The notes: generated by a model from the sequence alone, not told the origin. A stretch of 64,000 bases of DNA from Octopus sinensis (GCF_006345805.1 NC_042997.1:147932001-147996000); one strand, 5' to 3'; counted from the first letter of the stretch, positions 13,380 through 28,017 are shown. Numbers and translations are program-made.

Positions 13380-13556
13380 GAGCGAGTGGACAAGCGAAAG
13401 AAGGGCACTCAACCAATTTATAGATCGAAAGAGTTTGGTCCAAATTCGTAGGTACTCTTCAGTTTCAAGCGTGATGCTAGTCGTCAGCTATTTTGAATTT
13501 TGAAAATGGCTGACGACTAACATCACGGTTATCTATCTATCTATCTATCTATCTAC

Positions 13557-13647
<91 letters not shown>

Positions 13648-13651
13648 CCTA

Positions 13652-13701
<50 letters not shown>

Positions 13702-13890
13702 TATATATATAGACATATATATATTTGTGTGTGTTTTTGTTTGTTGTTTATCCTCCCACCATCGCTTGAGAACCGATGTTGGCATGTTTACGTCTCTGTA
13801 ACTTAGCGATTTGGCAAAAGAAACCGATAGAATAAGTGCTACGCATACAAAGATTAAGTCCTGGGGTCGATTTCGATCAAATGACTGAAA
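13151..13890 (+). mobile_element. SINE family A with expanded central microsatellites and a nested HHR insertion
   Basis: Head at 13151-13250, 3' body at about 13720-13890, non-SINE insert at 13379-13530. Confidence 0.7.
13446..13494 (-). ncRNA. Hammerhead-like motif
   Basis: Minus strand tag-CTGACGA-ctAGC-atcac-GCTt-GAAA-CT-gaag-AG-TA. Confidence 0.5.
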
Positions 13891-14028
13891 AAAGAAAAAG
13901 AAAAAAAAATATTTGGTAAAACAGTGAAAATATACATATTTGGTAGAACGGTAGAATTAAATAAATATTTAGATGTTTGTGTTATCGTACATAGGTGCAT
14001 ATCTTAACTGTTCGATATTTAAACACAT

Positions 14029-14255
14029 GAAGGTGGTGAGCTGGCAGAAACGTTAGCATAGCATACGTGGCGAAATACTTTGGGGTATTTCGTCTGCCTT
14101 TATGTTCTGAGTTCAAATTCCGCCGAGGTCGACTTTTCCTTTCATCCTTTCGAGGTCGATAAATTAAGTACTAGTTGCGTACTGTGGTCGAGCTAATCAA
14201 CTGACCCCCTCCACCCCTAAAATTTCGGGCCTTGTGCCTTGAGTAGAAAGGAATA
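14029..14255 (+). mobile_element. SINE family B
   Basis: Same head and core. Confidence 0.85.
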
Positions 14256-14829
14256 TTTAAACACATGTATTCTTGACTGATATGATGCCAAAATAATATT
14301 ACTAAGTGTAGCCTTTATAAGGTTAATGCTGATGAAACATAACCCATATGGATCTATTGAATCAGTTTTTCTTGTAATTTGGGATTTTATGTTACTAAAA
14401 ATGAAAGCCAATGTCATATTCAAGACTATCAACGAATTCGTGTACTGTTTAAATACCAGATTAGAGATTGACAGCGAGTGTTCTTACTTCCGATAGATAT
14501 TTGTCAAAACCCTGAAAGATTATCACTGATTCTGATTAACATTTAATTATTTATCAGAGCAGTAATAATCCCTTTAATTTCCTCTTTAGTTTTAATCATT
14601 CATTAGCTTCTATTCCCCTCCCCAGTTTATGCCACTTAACTCACTATACCCGATTGCATTATACGTTATCACCTCTTTAAAGTTTTTCTGTTATGGCAGC
14701 AGTTCTTTAACAGTTTGACCTTCATGACAAACACAAATACATATCTTAGGTGGCACAGGCAAACAAGTGTGACTTAATATCTAATATCACAGCTTTACTA
14801 ATTGTTTTAGATTCCTATATCGAAAAGAA

Positions 14830-15085
14830 CAAATATAAGCACCTCATTGTGATCCTAACCAAAATGCAAATGTATGGGAAACTACCACCCGCGTAGGAGA
14901 GTCCAGTTTACTGGACATTGTTGTATAGCTGAAAACGAGGTAATTTCTCCTCTTCTCCTCTGGAAGCCATCTACTCGCAATACCAGAGGGTGCACACTCT
15001 CCTACTCTGATGTAATCTCCAGGGATACAGGCATTCAGCAACAGAACCTCCGTAATGCTATGACGGTCGAAAAATGATGATGATG
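14830..15085 (+). pseudogene. RTE-like LINE ORF 3' end
   Basis: RRVQFTGHCCIAENEVISPLLLWKP..TLSYSDVISRDTG..LRNAM. Confidence 0.7.
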
Positions 15086-15129
15086 TGATCCCCCCACTTG
15101 ACTTACAAGAGAAGAAGTTTTGTCATCAT

Positions 15130-15600
15130 TGAAAAATAATCGAACAAACTACCATAAATCAAAAATTGCCTTTCAATCCTAAGGCATCATACCGGGAGAT
15201 CACCGTTAAAACATCTGCAGGAGGTTTTGAATCATTCTGGTCTCACATCTTGAATGAAAAAGGAGGTTTCACGCAGAATGAACTATGGGTAAATTGAGCT
15301 AGGGAAAATACTGTACCAACATAGATCTTAAAGAAAATATACATTCAATCCTGAAACTTTTTACCGTAGCTGTAAATAAGCTGCGTAATTGGAAGGCACA
15401 TAGAAGAGACCTAAGAGCTGCATACTGGTACCAGAAGCTAACTTTTCACAGAAAGCCAGTAATGTGTGTACTCAAGTAAACGATGAAAGGTCAGGTCAAC
15501 ATGTCAAAATGGCTGCTAGAGGATAGAAGAATCTCGTAGCAAAGAGATCAATCGAAAATGTTATTAAAGTATCATCCTTCAATGCGACATTACGTTTCGT
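15130..15600 (+). pseudogene. Non-LTR retrotransposon (R4/Dong-like) pre-RT fragment
   Basis: ESFWSHI and LRNWKA..YWYQKL remnants. Confidence 0.45.
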
Positions 15601-16210
15601 AATTACGTAAAATACATTCCGAAGAAAAAGTGTTCTGAAGATAAATCTTCTGTTAGTTAATAAACACATAAACATTAACGCAAGAAATATGTGTGGAACG
15701 TCCAACAATTGCAAGTACAAGAATGAGCATGTACTCCTTTGCAGGTCAGCTGCCCCACTGACGTATGGTAATGAAATGATGATAACTACGGACAAATACT
15801 TGAAACCCCCCAGTTTCTAACACAAATTACAAATAATAATCCGGTTTTGCGAGTAAATCCTTAGTGCCAATCTGGAACTCATAAGATCTTCAGTAACTGG
15901 CTTCAAACAATTACATTACAAATGCAATTTGTCACTAACCCGAACAGTAAAAGATTTTTCTCAAGCTCAGATACGTTCCAAAGATGAATGTTGGTATTTT
16001 TGTTAGAAATCAGCTTTGTTAGAAGCAGTGATCACACAATCTTACATAATACATATACACACATACATACATACATACATACATACATACATACATACAT
16101 ACATACATACATACATACATACATACATACATAGGTTTAAGAGACACCGTCAATATCAACTCAATCAACTTTGAACGACATTATATATGAAAGACGATTC
16201 GGAATAAATT

Positions 16211-16289
<79 letters not shown>

Positions 16290-16293
<4 letters not shown>

Positions 16294-16506
16294 GTGACCT
16301 CGTGTGTACCGTGTGTACCGTTGGCGATTTTTTTCCTCTGTCTTCCCTTCTCTGGATCTTTCCTTCTCCTGTGTTTCCGACGAAGAGCTCCGTTCGAACC
16401 GTTAAACCCTCCTTCTTTCCTTCTCTCCTGACCGTTCAATAATACTATATTTGTTCCACGTCCTCATGTTGTTGTTTTTTTTGTGCTTTCTTGTTTGGAT
16501 TAACTT

Positions 16507-16510
<4 letters not shown>
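16290..16510 (+). mobile_element. PLE 3' tail between (TA)n tracts, with a hammerhead-like motif at 16372-16408
   Basis: ccGACGAA-GAGC-tcc-GTTC-GAAc-CGTTA; layout matches the tail at 1383-1590. Confidence 0.55.
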
Positions 16511-16563
<53 letters not shown>

Positions 16564-16740
16564 GCACATATATGTTTGTCCTCCATTGCGTTTGGTGTGT
16601 TTATATCCACGTAACTTAGTGGCTCCGCCAAAAAGAATAATGAAATGTACTTAGTACTTATTCAGAAATAAGTAATAAGATCGATTGTTTAGACTGAAAT
16701 TTTAGAAGGCCGTAGCCAAATTACTGGAACATATAAAGGA

Positions 16741-16973
16741 ATGAAAGAATGTACATGTGTGTATGTATGCATGTATGTATGTATGTATGCATGCATGCAT
16801 GTATGTATGTATGTATGTATGTATGTATGCATGCATGTATGTATGTATGCATGCATGTATGTATGTATGTATGTATGTATGAATGTATGTATGTATGTAT
16901 GTATGTATGTATCTATCTATCTATCTGTCTATTTGTCCATCTAACTGTTTATCTATCTATCCATCTATTAATC

Positions 16974-17010
<37 letters not shown>

Positions 17011-17031
17011 ATATATATATATATACATATA
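16741..17031. repeat. Compound (TATG)n/(TATC)n/(TA)n microsatellite
   Basis: Direct inspection. Confidence 0.97.
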
Positions 17032-17639
17032 CTTAAACGTACTGATACAACCGCACGACGGATGCACACACACAAATACACACACACGCACGTACACACA
17101 CACACAAATGTACGACGCACTCACGCACGCACGCACATATACACACACAAATATATATGTACATGTCAGATCTACTTGATTTCCTTTCATTATCCATCAT
17201 TGCACGCTAACAAGTTATACTAAAGCATTAGATTATTGTTTCTTTTATGCTGCTGAAACCATATAATTGGCACTGAGATTAAAATAATTAAAATGGAACG
17301 GTGCATGTAATTAGCAATTTAATTCGAAATACATTCCTCCTTAGCGTTGTTTTATAGAGGAACCTACATTTCTGATATGTTTTGTCAGTAGATATTTACG
17401 ATTTACTCGCTTTGAACATCTTAAGTGATGCAAACTTTTCCACTCTATTCGTTTCCTTATTTAATTTCAGATGATCATTATTGAATCTTCTGCGCATGGT
17501 AATCATGAATATATATCTTCAGTTATTTTCCCTTGTGTTGAGCAAACAAAGCAGGTAGTGATAACATCCCAGGGTTAAAACGAGAAATGGAAGATGACTG
17601 TCTCATCGTTTGCAAAATTTTAATTATATATACATAATA

Positions 17640-18630
17640 GATCTAGTGGCATCAAGGTAAATTAGTACCTAACTATAATAGTATCAATTAGGATAATAAG
17701 AAATCAAAAAGATAGGCCAAAGAAATTCATTTAGTTCGCCCCTCCCTTTTCCATTGATATAAAAACTAACATTGGTAAAAGATTCCTGTCACTCCAAAAC
17801 AAACACTTTCCAGCTATTCACAGATACAGGAAAATATTCAATAGGCATTCTGGGAAATTATCATATAGCTGCTGTCTAAATATAAAGAATTTTATTACAG
17901 TGGTCAACACCAAGAACCAGAATCCAGCTGCATCTGTGCGACCCACGATCCTGTCCACCTGACCAACGATGTGAGATTAAATCTATCACAATATGAGGCA
18001 GAAGTTACTGCAAACCTAAGTAATAATACAACTGATAAGAATAGCTATATTGGATTATGTGAAGGAGAATTTAAAAATAGCCACACCAATCGCATAGCCT
18101 CCTTCCAACAGGGCCAAAAGTAAAGGTACTTAGTTGGCTAGCTACATAAGGGCTTTGAAAGATAACGAAATACTGCATGTGATTAAATGGAAAGTAATTG
18201 AGAAACCCATACCTTATGTGAATGGATCAAATAAATTTAGACTTTGGCTGAAAGAGCGCAGATCCTGTTCAGATATAAGATCCTAAACTCTCTATTGAAC
18301 TCCAGGTCAGAAAATTTCAGTGGTTGCATGCATATGTACAAATATATTCTGAAGATTTGGAAAATTCCGCCTATTCCTCTCACTGACATTATATCCTTCC
18401 AGCCTCATCATTTAAGGCCTAAGGAGACCTTTTTACCTTTTGACATTTCAGTTTAGTTTTCTGATTTTCGTTTTCCGTTGTTTACTGTGTGTGTTTTCTA
18501 TATGGTGCATTCTCAGCTTCATCACGTTTTTAGTTCGTTATGACATGAAGTTTGCACTTGAAGATTATGTCTTAATATTTCTCTACATATGAAACTATTA
18601 GAGTGCTTAAATACATGAAATATGCTCTTT
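17640..18630 (+). mobile_element. 5'-truncated Penelope-like element (linker, GIY-YIG and 3' UTR)
   Basis: FAPPFSIDIKTNIGKRFL..KHFP..KIFNR..KLSYSC; YIGLCEGEFK; IKWKVIEKP.PY..LLNSRSE; degenerate HHR at 18554-18606. Confidence 0.85.
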
Positions 18631-18643
18631 GAATAAATAATTA

Positions 18644-18689
<46 letters not shown>

Positions 18690-18691
<2 letters not shown>

Positions 18692-18872
18692 TCGCTAGCC
18701 ACTACACATTTTTTATTTTCTCTCCATGTTTCATTTTGTGTTCCTATCTACGGAAGTGCGTACGCACGAAACGTTAAAGACTTCTTCACTTCCTGAGCGT
18801 TAAACTAATATATCTGTTTGTTGTCTACACCACCTGCCTTCGTCTTTTGTCGTTTTGTGAATTCTCCCTATA
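18690..18872 (+). mobile_element. PLE 3' tail, same family as 1383-1590, with an HHR-like motif at 18743-18780
   Basis: gatcgctagccact..GTGC-gtac-GCAC-GAAA-CGTTA..cctgagcgttaaactaata..cttcgtcttttgt. Confidence 0.75.
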
Positions 18873-18890
18873 TACATATATATATATATA

Positions 18891-19171
18891 TAAAACATTA
18901 TTGGTGAATTGAAGAAATGGAGCTGAACGCAGATTGAACAGAAATCGTTTTATTTCATTCTACACGTGTTTCGAAAGGCACAAATTACCAAAATCCGATT
19001 GAATAATGGGACCATATTGTGTCTTTCTCTTCAGGAAGAAAAAAGGAAATCCGGTAATTTGTGGTAATTTGTGGTAATTTGTGCCTTTCGAAACACGTGT
19101 AGAATGAAATAAAACGATTTCTGTTCAATCTGCGTTCAGCTCCATTTCTTCAATTCACCAATAATGTTTTA
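18891..19171. repeat. Inverted repeat, 100-bp arms, 81-bp spacer
   Basis: 18891-18990 is the reverse complement of 19072-19171. Confidence 0.95.
18952..19042 (-). ncRNA. Type I hammerhead ribozyme motif with long stem II
   Basis: CTGAAGA (19034-19028); stem II GAAAGACACAA / TTGTGCCTTTC; GAAA; palindromic stem III ACACGTGT; GTA triplet; stem I tttcttc / gaa(t)gaaa. Confidence 0.75.
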
Positions 19172-19319
19172 ATTTCAATTATCCGCACCAACGCACAGTT
19201 GCAACGCCAGATGGTTGTACCTCCAACCGTGCTGTTTACTGCTGTGATTTTTGCTACTAAGGTATCGGTTAAACTGTTGATTAATCTACTACAAGATTAT
19301 TCATCTTTCTATTTCACAT

Positions 19320-19353
<34 letters not shown>

Positions 19354-19427
19354 TTCAGATGAATAAGGTATTTAAGTTGAGGTACCAGAATTTAGTACAA
19401 AATAAACAACAAGAATAACCCGAGGTA

Positions 19428-19516
19428 ATGCAGTACGATCGTTTCATACTACTTCATTTAATTGAACAATTCAATCATTACATCAATTGAAATTGCAGAG
19501 CAATCTTCAGTTGCAC
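19428..19516 (-). ncRNA. Hammerhead motif (left arm)
   Basis: gtgcaa-CTGAAGA-t-tgct..agta-t-GAAA-CGATCG-TA-ctgcat. Confidence 0.6.
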
Positions 19517-19633
19517 AAAGACATAGAATAGAGTAACTTCTAAACTTCAGTGAGACACCATGTCCTTTATCTATCTCCTTAGGTTCTTGGAGATTTTAGG
19601 TATAATTATACTAATGTGACCATCTATGTCTTT

Positions 19634-19722
19634 GTGCAGCAGAAGATTGCTCTCCATTTTAAATTGATGTAATGATTACATTGTTCAATTAAATGGATGT
19701 GCATGAAACGATCGTACTTCAT
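19634..19722 (+). ncRNA. Hammerhead motif (right arm, core U4 changed to A)
   Basis: gtgcag-CAGAAGA-t-tgc..gca-t-GAAA-CGATCG-TA-cttcat. Confidence 0.55.
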
Positions 19723-19743
19723 TACCTCTGGATATCCTTGTTG

Positions 19744-19830
<87 letters not shown>

Positions 19831-19934
19831 TTGTGTGTCTGTGCTTGTACCCCAACATCGCGTGACAACCGATGTCTGTATGTTTACGTCCCCGTAAAGA
19901 AGTTATAGGCTTACAAAGAATAACTCCTGGCAGT

Positions 19935-20655
19935 CACTAGCGTAACGAAAAACATCCGAAAGGTTTGGTGTATCAAGAAGTAGTGTCTCGAAAGTATCGG
20001 CAGCCTTTCCGAAAGAGGAAAAAACATCCTCTTCGAAACATAACTCCAGAAGAAAACTAAACCTTATTTCCGACCACCGGCCGAGTATACGTTTGGAGAT
20101 AACCAAAAGAATCATTTGACCCAGATTGCCTTTTTCCAACTGTTAAACATAGAGGATGATCTATGATGATATGGACGGGGGGCAATATCTTGTAAATCCG
20201 CCGGCCCAATGATTTCCCTTCATGACAGAATTAATAGTCAAGATTATTTAAGTATTTTAGCTGATCAAATTTATCCTATGGTTGCGGAACTGTTTCCGGA
20301 GGGAAGTGCAATCTTTCACGATGATAATGCACCAATTCTCACAGCTAAAGTTGTTACTGAATGGCAAGAGAAGCATTCTAGTTGAACATCTTATCTGGCT
20401 ACCGCAGTCTCCAGATTTCAATATTATTTGAACATTTATGGTGCATTTCAGAAAAACAAATAAGGAGTCGATTTCCTCCACCATCATCACTACAAGAACT
20501 GGAGATGTCTTAGCTGAAGAATGGAAAGAAATTTCTTTGGAAACAACTCCAACTTTGTTGAATTCAAGCTGTAATTACTTCCAACGGCGGTCCTACCCCA
20601 TATTAAAATAAATTTGTTTGCAATTTTAATTTGCTACCAGCATTTTTGTTTACCT
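19935..20655 (+). mobile_element. Decayed Tc1-like transposon, internally deleted
   Basis: PTVKH..; INSQDYLSILADQI.PMVAELFPEGSAIFHDDNAP; W.PQSPD.NII.HLW. Confidence 0.85.
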
Positions 20656-20664
20656 CGTGTGTGC

Positions 20665-22147
<1,483 letters not shown>

Positions 22148-22185
22148 ATATATATATATATACACACATTTATAGATACATACAT

Positions 22186-22430
22186 GTGATGGCCTTGGCT
22201 TAGGATATTTGGCTCACAATCGCAAGGTCCTGAGTTCGATACTCAGTTGCCAAAATTGAATAGTTGCTGTATCTCAAAGGGCCAGCCTTATCAAACCCTT
22301 CGTCACACAGAATCTCCCTGAGATCTACATCAACTGTAGGCATGTCAATGGAGTGAGTTTTTCGAGCACGCTTTTCCGTTATCCGGAACAACTGGAAACC
22401 TGGTCGTCTTAACAAACGGAATGCAATTTT
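22186..22430 (+). mobile_element. tRNA-derived SINE family D, degenerate
   Basis: Head ggatatttggctcacaatcgcaaggtcctgagttcgat; tail gaatctccctgag..caactggaaacc..gtcgtc, shared with 55073-55380. Confidence 0.65.
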
Positions 22431-23429
22431 GTCATACATACACATACACACACTCGTATGTTTATGGGTATGAGGTTTTTACACCCGCGCGTCGCACTAA
22501 TATGTGAATCAAGCATTTTGAATCATACATGTGTGTAAGCGTGCGTGAGTGTGCATTGGCGCGCACGAAGATGTTTGAGCGTATGTGTGACCACATATGT
22601 GTGTGTGTGTGCACCTGTGTGTAAGTGCGCGTTTATATATATGCACTTGTATGCATGTGCGCGTGTATGTATGTGCGCATCTATGCACTTGCGCATGTGT
22701 GCATGTGCGCGTGTATGTATATGTGCGTGTATGTATATGCACGTGTAAGCATGTGTGCGTGTATTTTTGCGTGTGAATATACAGAGCACTGTGGCTCGCT
22801 TCATATTTCTACTTCTCATTCATTTGTCTCTGTGCCTTATTGTACATTTTCTTTTAAACTTCTTTCCATTAACGGTAATACATGAGAAGCAGCAATGGAA
22901 TTGAATTATCTCATTTAGAAATTCTCATCCTGCAGCATTTAAATAAACCAAGATAACAAAGGATCATTTCATATTAATATATTCTTTATCACGATTCCTT
23001 TCTATGTTACCGGGTGCAAATTAATTTTTTTTAGAAAAAATATTTTGACAGATTTCATAAAATAATATTTGCTTATTCGGTACTAACACCAAATGAGAAA
23101 ACAAGTTGCCAGGTAATGTGAGAAGAATAATATTGAAGCAGTCGTATATCGGTTACATGAACAAGAAAACGTACTTTGATTTGATGATTCATCAGATTAG
23201 CAAATGTTTGAAACTTAATTCATTCATTCTACAGTTACTGGAAGAAGAACTAGTTTGATCTCAAGAAATATTTGATCATACGACAAGGATAACTTTGACT
23301 TATTGAATTATGAGATATGTGTAATTTATTTTAGACAGGTTGGAAAGAAATTTGTTCTAAAAGCTTAAAATATCACACACATACACACACACACACACAT
23401 ATACACGCATACACACACGCACACACACC

Positions 23430-25600
23430 GGGTTTCAGGATGCCTAGAGCAGTTAAGTCTGGTCACCTAGATAATCAGGGGGAAGCTCGGGAGATTAAAG
23501 GAGACCAAGCAGTTTTGTGGCTGGATCTATATACCATACGAGTCTATATACCACGAATTGGTTAAAGACTCTCTGAAAAAGTGCCGTGCCCCATAAATTA
23601 TGGACTACTACGATAGTCCCAATCTGAAACTCTCAGTAGCTTCCACAATATATGAGTGGCACAGGGTCGAGAGATGCATTATCACTGGATGTATCATTCC
23701 CACGCTTACAATTAAGATAGGGTTAGCGAAAATGCAGTGTAAAGAGGCATGAGTGTTGTTGACTTGACCTCGCCTGAATTTCAGTCCAGTCAGATGTAGT
23801 TATCTTGTGCTCATGAAAATCACCAGCCGTCACTCTGGAAGCACTAAGTTTGAATGTGATAGTAATCTGAGAGACTAGTAATTTTGACTTCAACGCTCTG
23901 TTGAGATCTTATCTTTTACGAGCCGGAATGGAAAGCAAAGTGAAAGTGCTGCTTTGAAAAGGCCGGGATATCGAGATACGCTTAATCTTCCTGGACTGAG
24001 ATGGTAAACTGGAGGTCTTGTATGTAAACAATAGCAAATGATTGCCGTGTATGCCCCCATTGGAATGATTTGCTCAGATGTTGACAGAATTCCTGTAAAT
24101 GTCGCGCTGTTTAATGCTAGTGAGCAACTTGAACGGTACCTTTGTTGTACGTCTGAATTCTGTGCAGTAGGTTATATGAATAAAACAGGTTAAATCTGCT
24201 TAGTCGTTTCCAAATATCTGAGAGGTATCGACTGAACTTCTCGAGTTTGCCAGTATGGATAGAGGTAAACAGCATCAGGTCATTCACATCATATCTGGGT
24301 GCAGTGTTTTGTAGGACGTCCAAGAGAGATGATAAAGGGTATTCACAAATCAAAATAGACGGTTACACTGGCCTCAAATTTGTAATATGTACGGTCGACC
24401 TAGGTAAGCTGCATAGACAGGGCTCCAATTACTGGAAATTAAACGCTTCTTTCTCCGGAGAGAGCGGATTAGCGAAATATTTAAGAGCGATTTGACGGGT
24501 GACATCATCAATAACTGATAGAGGTAAGCCAGGAAAAGAACTATAGATTTAAAATCGATAAGGTTCAGCAAGACAACAGTGATAGAAAACACTAGAGTAG
24601 AGGAGGAGCTAGTTAGTAATCTAGAAGAGGGACTCAAGAAAGATATTGAGACTGGTGTCCTAACAGCGAGATTGATCCGTGGCCGATTCTCTCAAGCAAT
24701 GTACGAAAGTTAGATTTTCGTAACCAAGGCGTGTTCTTTGGCACCAGAAAGCAGAAGCTGTTTCAAAGGCTTTAGTAAAAGAAAATTCAACAACTATATC
24801 CTCGGCGAATCGCAAGGAACACTCGTGAATAGAATCCAAGCAAATGTAAGAAGTTTCTCAATGGCACTACGAGCGAGGTATATAGTCTAAACAACAAATG
24901 GACCAAAAGGAACTAGCCACTGAAGGGTCGACTGAAGTGGAAAATGCCGATATCATATTCGTTATGTTCTACCGCCTGACCACCGTGCTTTGTCCCGCTT
25001 CATCGCTGATCAAAATGGTGTGCTTATTTTTTAGCTTTATATAGAGGTGATCTACTTTGCTTGTTAGAATCGAATTAGGCATGCCTTGGCTAATGATGTA
25101 TGGAAATGTGCTGAGTTGCAGCTTCTCCAGCGTTTTCTTGGTGTAGGATGGATCCGGGTTGCAGCCGACTCCATCGTGAAGGTCAATCTACTGCTTTCTT
25201 TCGATCGGAAAGGTTAAGCGGTTTTCCTATGCTAATTGGATATGGCGAAAGATATGTGATGGATGCGATTGAAAGTGCTGAATACAGATACTTTCTTCAT
25301 CAACGTTTTCAAGTTCCATTTGCAAAGGAAAATCAGAGTGGAAAGGCATGTGCTTCCACCCAGAAAATTTCCTGAGAGGTGAGAGCATTTACTGAAAATG
25401 GCCCAAGTGAATGCGTTCGTAGGTTGAAAATTTCAGGGGACATAGCACTTTACATTATACTCAGAGTGAATGTGGTGACTCGAGATTTTGCGAGTTCCTT
25501 GGTCGCGCCTGATTAAGTTTTGGTTATATCTTTTTTGTTATTGCTTTATTGTTTACACGTTTATGTAAAATCTCTCGGCCCTTTTTCCTTGTCCTAAATG
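23430..25600 (+). mobile_element. Decayed L1/Tx1-like LINE, internally deleted
   Basis: APE remnants (DFNA, SYLGAVFC..GYTGLKFV), GSNYWKLNAS, and post-RT YRLT..CP and GMPWL motifs. Confidence 0.7.
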
Positions 25601-26931
25601 ATTTAGCAACTCCTTGCTAATGTATAACAACAATAACAGACTCCACCACCACCACCACCACCACCACCTCCTCCTCCTCCTCCTCCTCCTTCTCTTCCTC
25701 CTCCGCCAACAACAAAAACAACAACAGCATCGATAATTTCTATTAAAGGCACCAGGTCTGAAATTTTTTGTAGAGGAGGCCAGTCAATTACATCGATCCC
25801 GAAAGGATGAAAGGTAAAGTCGATAATCATATAGGCATAAAGAAATCTAACGACTTTAGATTAAAACGTATTCAATGAAGTTGTCAATTAGGCACCGACA
25901 CATAAGATAAAAGCGAGGTCAATGAAGTTTGTAAATTCTTCACCGAGGTGGGTGTAGCGATGTAGTGCACAAATTGATGAAACATCACCTGATTTCTCAT
26001 TCAATTCGTCAGTGAAAAAGAATAGCTCTACTGTTGTTATTAGGATTGTTTTCTCTTTAGTGAAAAGTAGTATAATCTACTTAAAAGCACGGTGGCATTA
26101 TTATGAACAAGCTCCCGGGGGCGAACGAAAACAACATACTGGAACGCAGATGAAATTACAGGGCAATTATTTGTTAATACATAATAAATAAGGCGATTGT
26201 CCGTGTAGCAGTATAACATCCCAAATGGATAACGTAACATTAGAAGGTGCTTTAATATACACTGTTTCTTCAATCACTTGGCTAACGTCAGAAATAATGA
26301 AAAAAGAAAAGCGATAGGTTGACTGAAATTTGTATGGAAATTAATTCATTTCGATATTGAATAGTCAACAGTTGAACGCATTACACCATACATGAAAGGC
26401 AACAGTCAATTTCACGCCAAAATGACTAAGAAATATTCTATTTTAAATCGTCAATCTGATAAGTTAAAGTAGCTTAAATTATGTTTAATGTCGCCATAAT
26501 GAATAAGTTCCACCTGGTGAACTGTTACATCAACGGAACATAGCAAAATCAAGGGCCCTCACGTGATTAATGAATAAATCCATTATTATGTGACAAAATC
26601 ATGATCTTTAGTGTTTCTGGAAAACATTACTAGACTAGGAAATGTGAGAAATGAAATGATATTTACCCTTTATAAAAGTGCATCTCCACGATTATGAGGA
26701 AAGCTCGTAGACTAGTATTTGTCCCTACAATTATTCCTGGAAAGTGCACAACATTGATGTCTATCCAATGGAAAATAAACCGACTTGGGTCGTTATATTT
26801 TGCCATTGCTATTACTATCCACTGCCCACATCTGGTATATTTTTATCGTCCCCGGTTCGAAGAAAAATAATGTTAACTTCCGTGGTATTTGAATCCAGAA
26901 CCCAGAAAATTGAACAAATACCCAAAAAGCG

Positions 26932-26967
<36 letters not shown>

Positions 26968-26977
26968 CACAGAAAGC

Positions 26978-27029
<52 letters not shown>

Positions 27030-27044
27030 TATATACATACAAAC

Positions 27045-27092
<48 letters not shown>

Positions 27093-27929
27093 GACACAGC
27101 ACGTGTTGATTACTCATTACTTGGTTCTTGATTCAAAACCATATTCTCAGTACTTCATTGTATGTGTATGTGTGTATGTGTGTGTGTGTGAGAGAGAGAG
27201 AGAAAGAGAGCTTCAATGCTTCAATGTAAATATGTTTGTGTGTGAATGTGTTTGTAAGTATGTATGTATACATTTATGCACGCAGGTGTGTGCCCTTGAC
27301 TATCTGTCTTCATATTCATACCAGAAAGTAAACTAGTCATTTGTTGATGAAGTAGATTTTAATAAAATACTTAAATTGTTAAATGTAACACTGATTCTTT
27401 GAAGACCTGAACATGTGTTTGTCATTTTTCTCTTTTGTTTTATTTGATCATTGGAGCATTCTAATGTTTACTTAATTATATATTTAATCTTTTTTTCGGA
27501 AACATTATATAATTATTACACTGACAAAATAGAAGAACAAAACATTATTTTATATGATATTTATTGAAATAATTATATTTGTAAGAAATAATGAATAAAA
27601 AAGATAATGTAAGTGTTTCAGCAAATTAGGTATAATAAAATTATTATAGATTATATCATGAAGAATTGCAAATATTCAATTTTTGTAATTTATTATCAAA
27701 GCAGCCAAGTTTTAAAGGAACTGCTGTTATAGTTGTTTCCGTTGCTGTTATTGTTGTTGTCAATAATAAAGTAAAGTGAAGAGTTTTGATCAAGCAGACA
27801 TAAGAGAGGTGTGTAAATCATCGACAGCTATGTTTGTTCGATGATATAAATTTGATTATATTGTCTAACGTAGGGTAGCCATTTAGAGAAAATTGGCTAC
27901 TATTTCCACCAAGATAAGAGAACGCTTAT

Positions 27930-28017
27930 GGACTCCTATATTATCTCATATATATTTCTTTACTGCCCACAAGGGGCTAAACATAGAGAGGACAAACAAG
28001 GACAGACAAAGGGATTA

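Larger units (their letters stand above)
19407..19743. repeat. Diverged inverted repeat (about 120-bp arms), each arm carrying a hammerhead motif
   Basis: 19407-19527 vs the reverse complement of 19623-19743, roughly 85% identical by eye. Confidence 0.9.

Noticed and set aside
25603-25830. Poly-glycine ORF
   Set aside because: Simple (CCA)n(CCT)n(CAA)n trinucleotide repeat.
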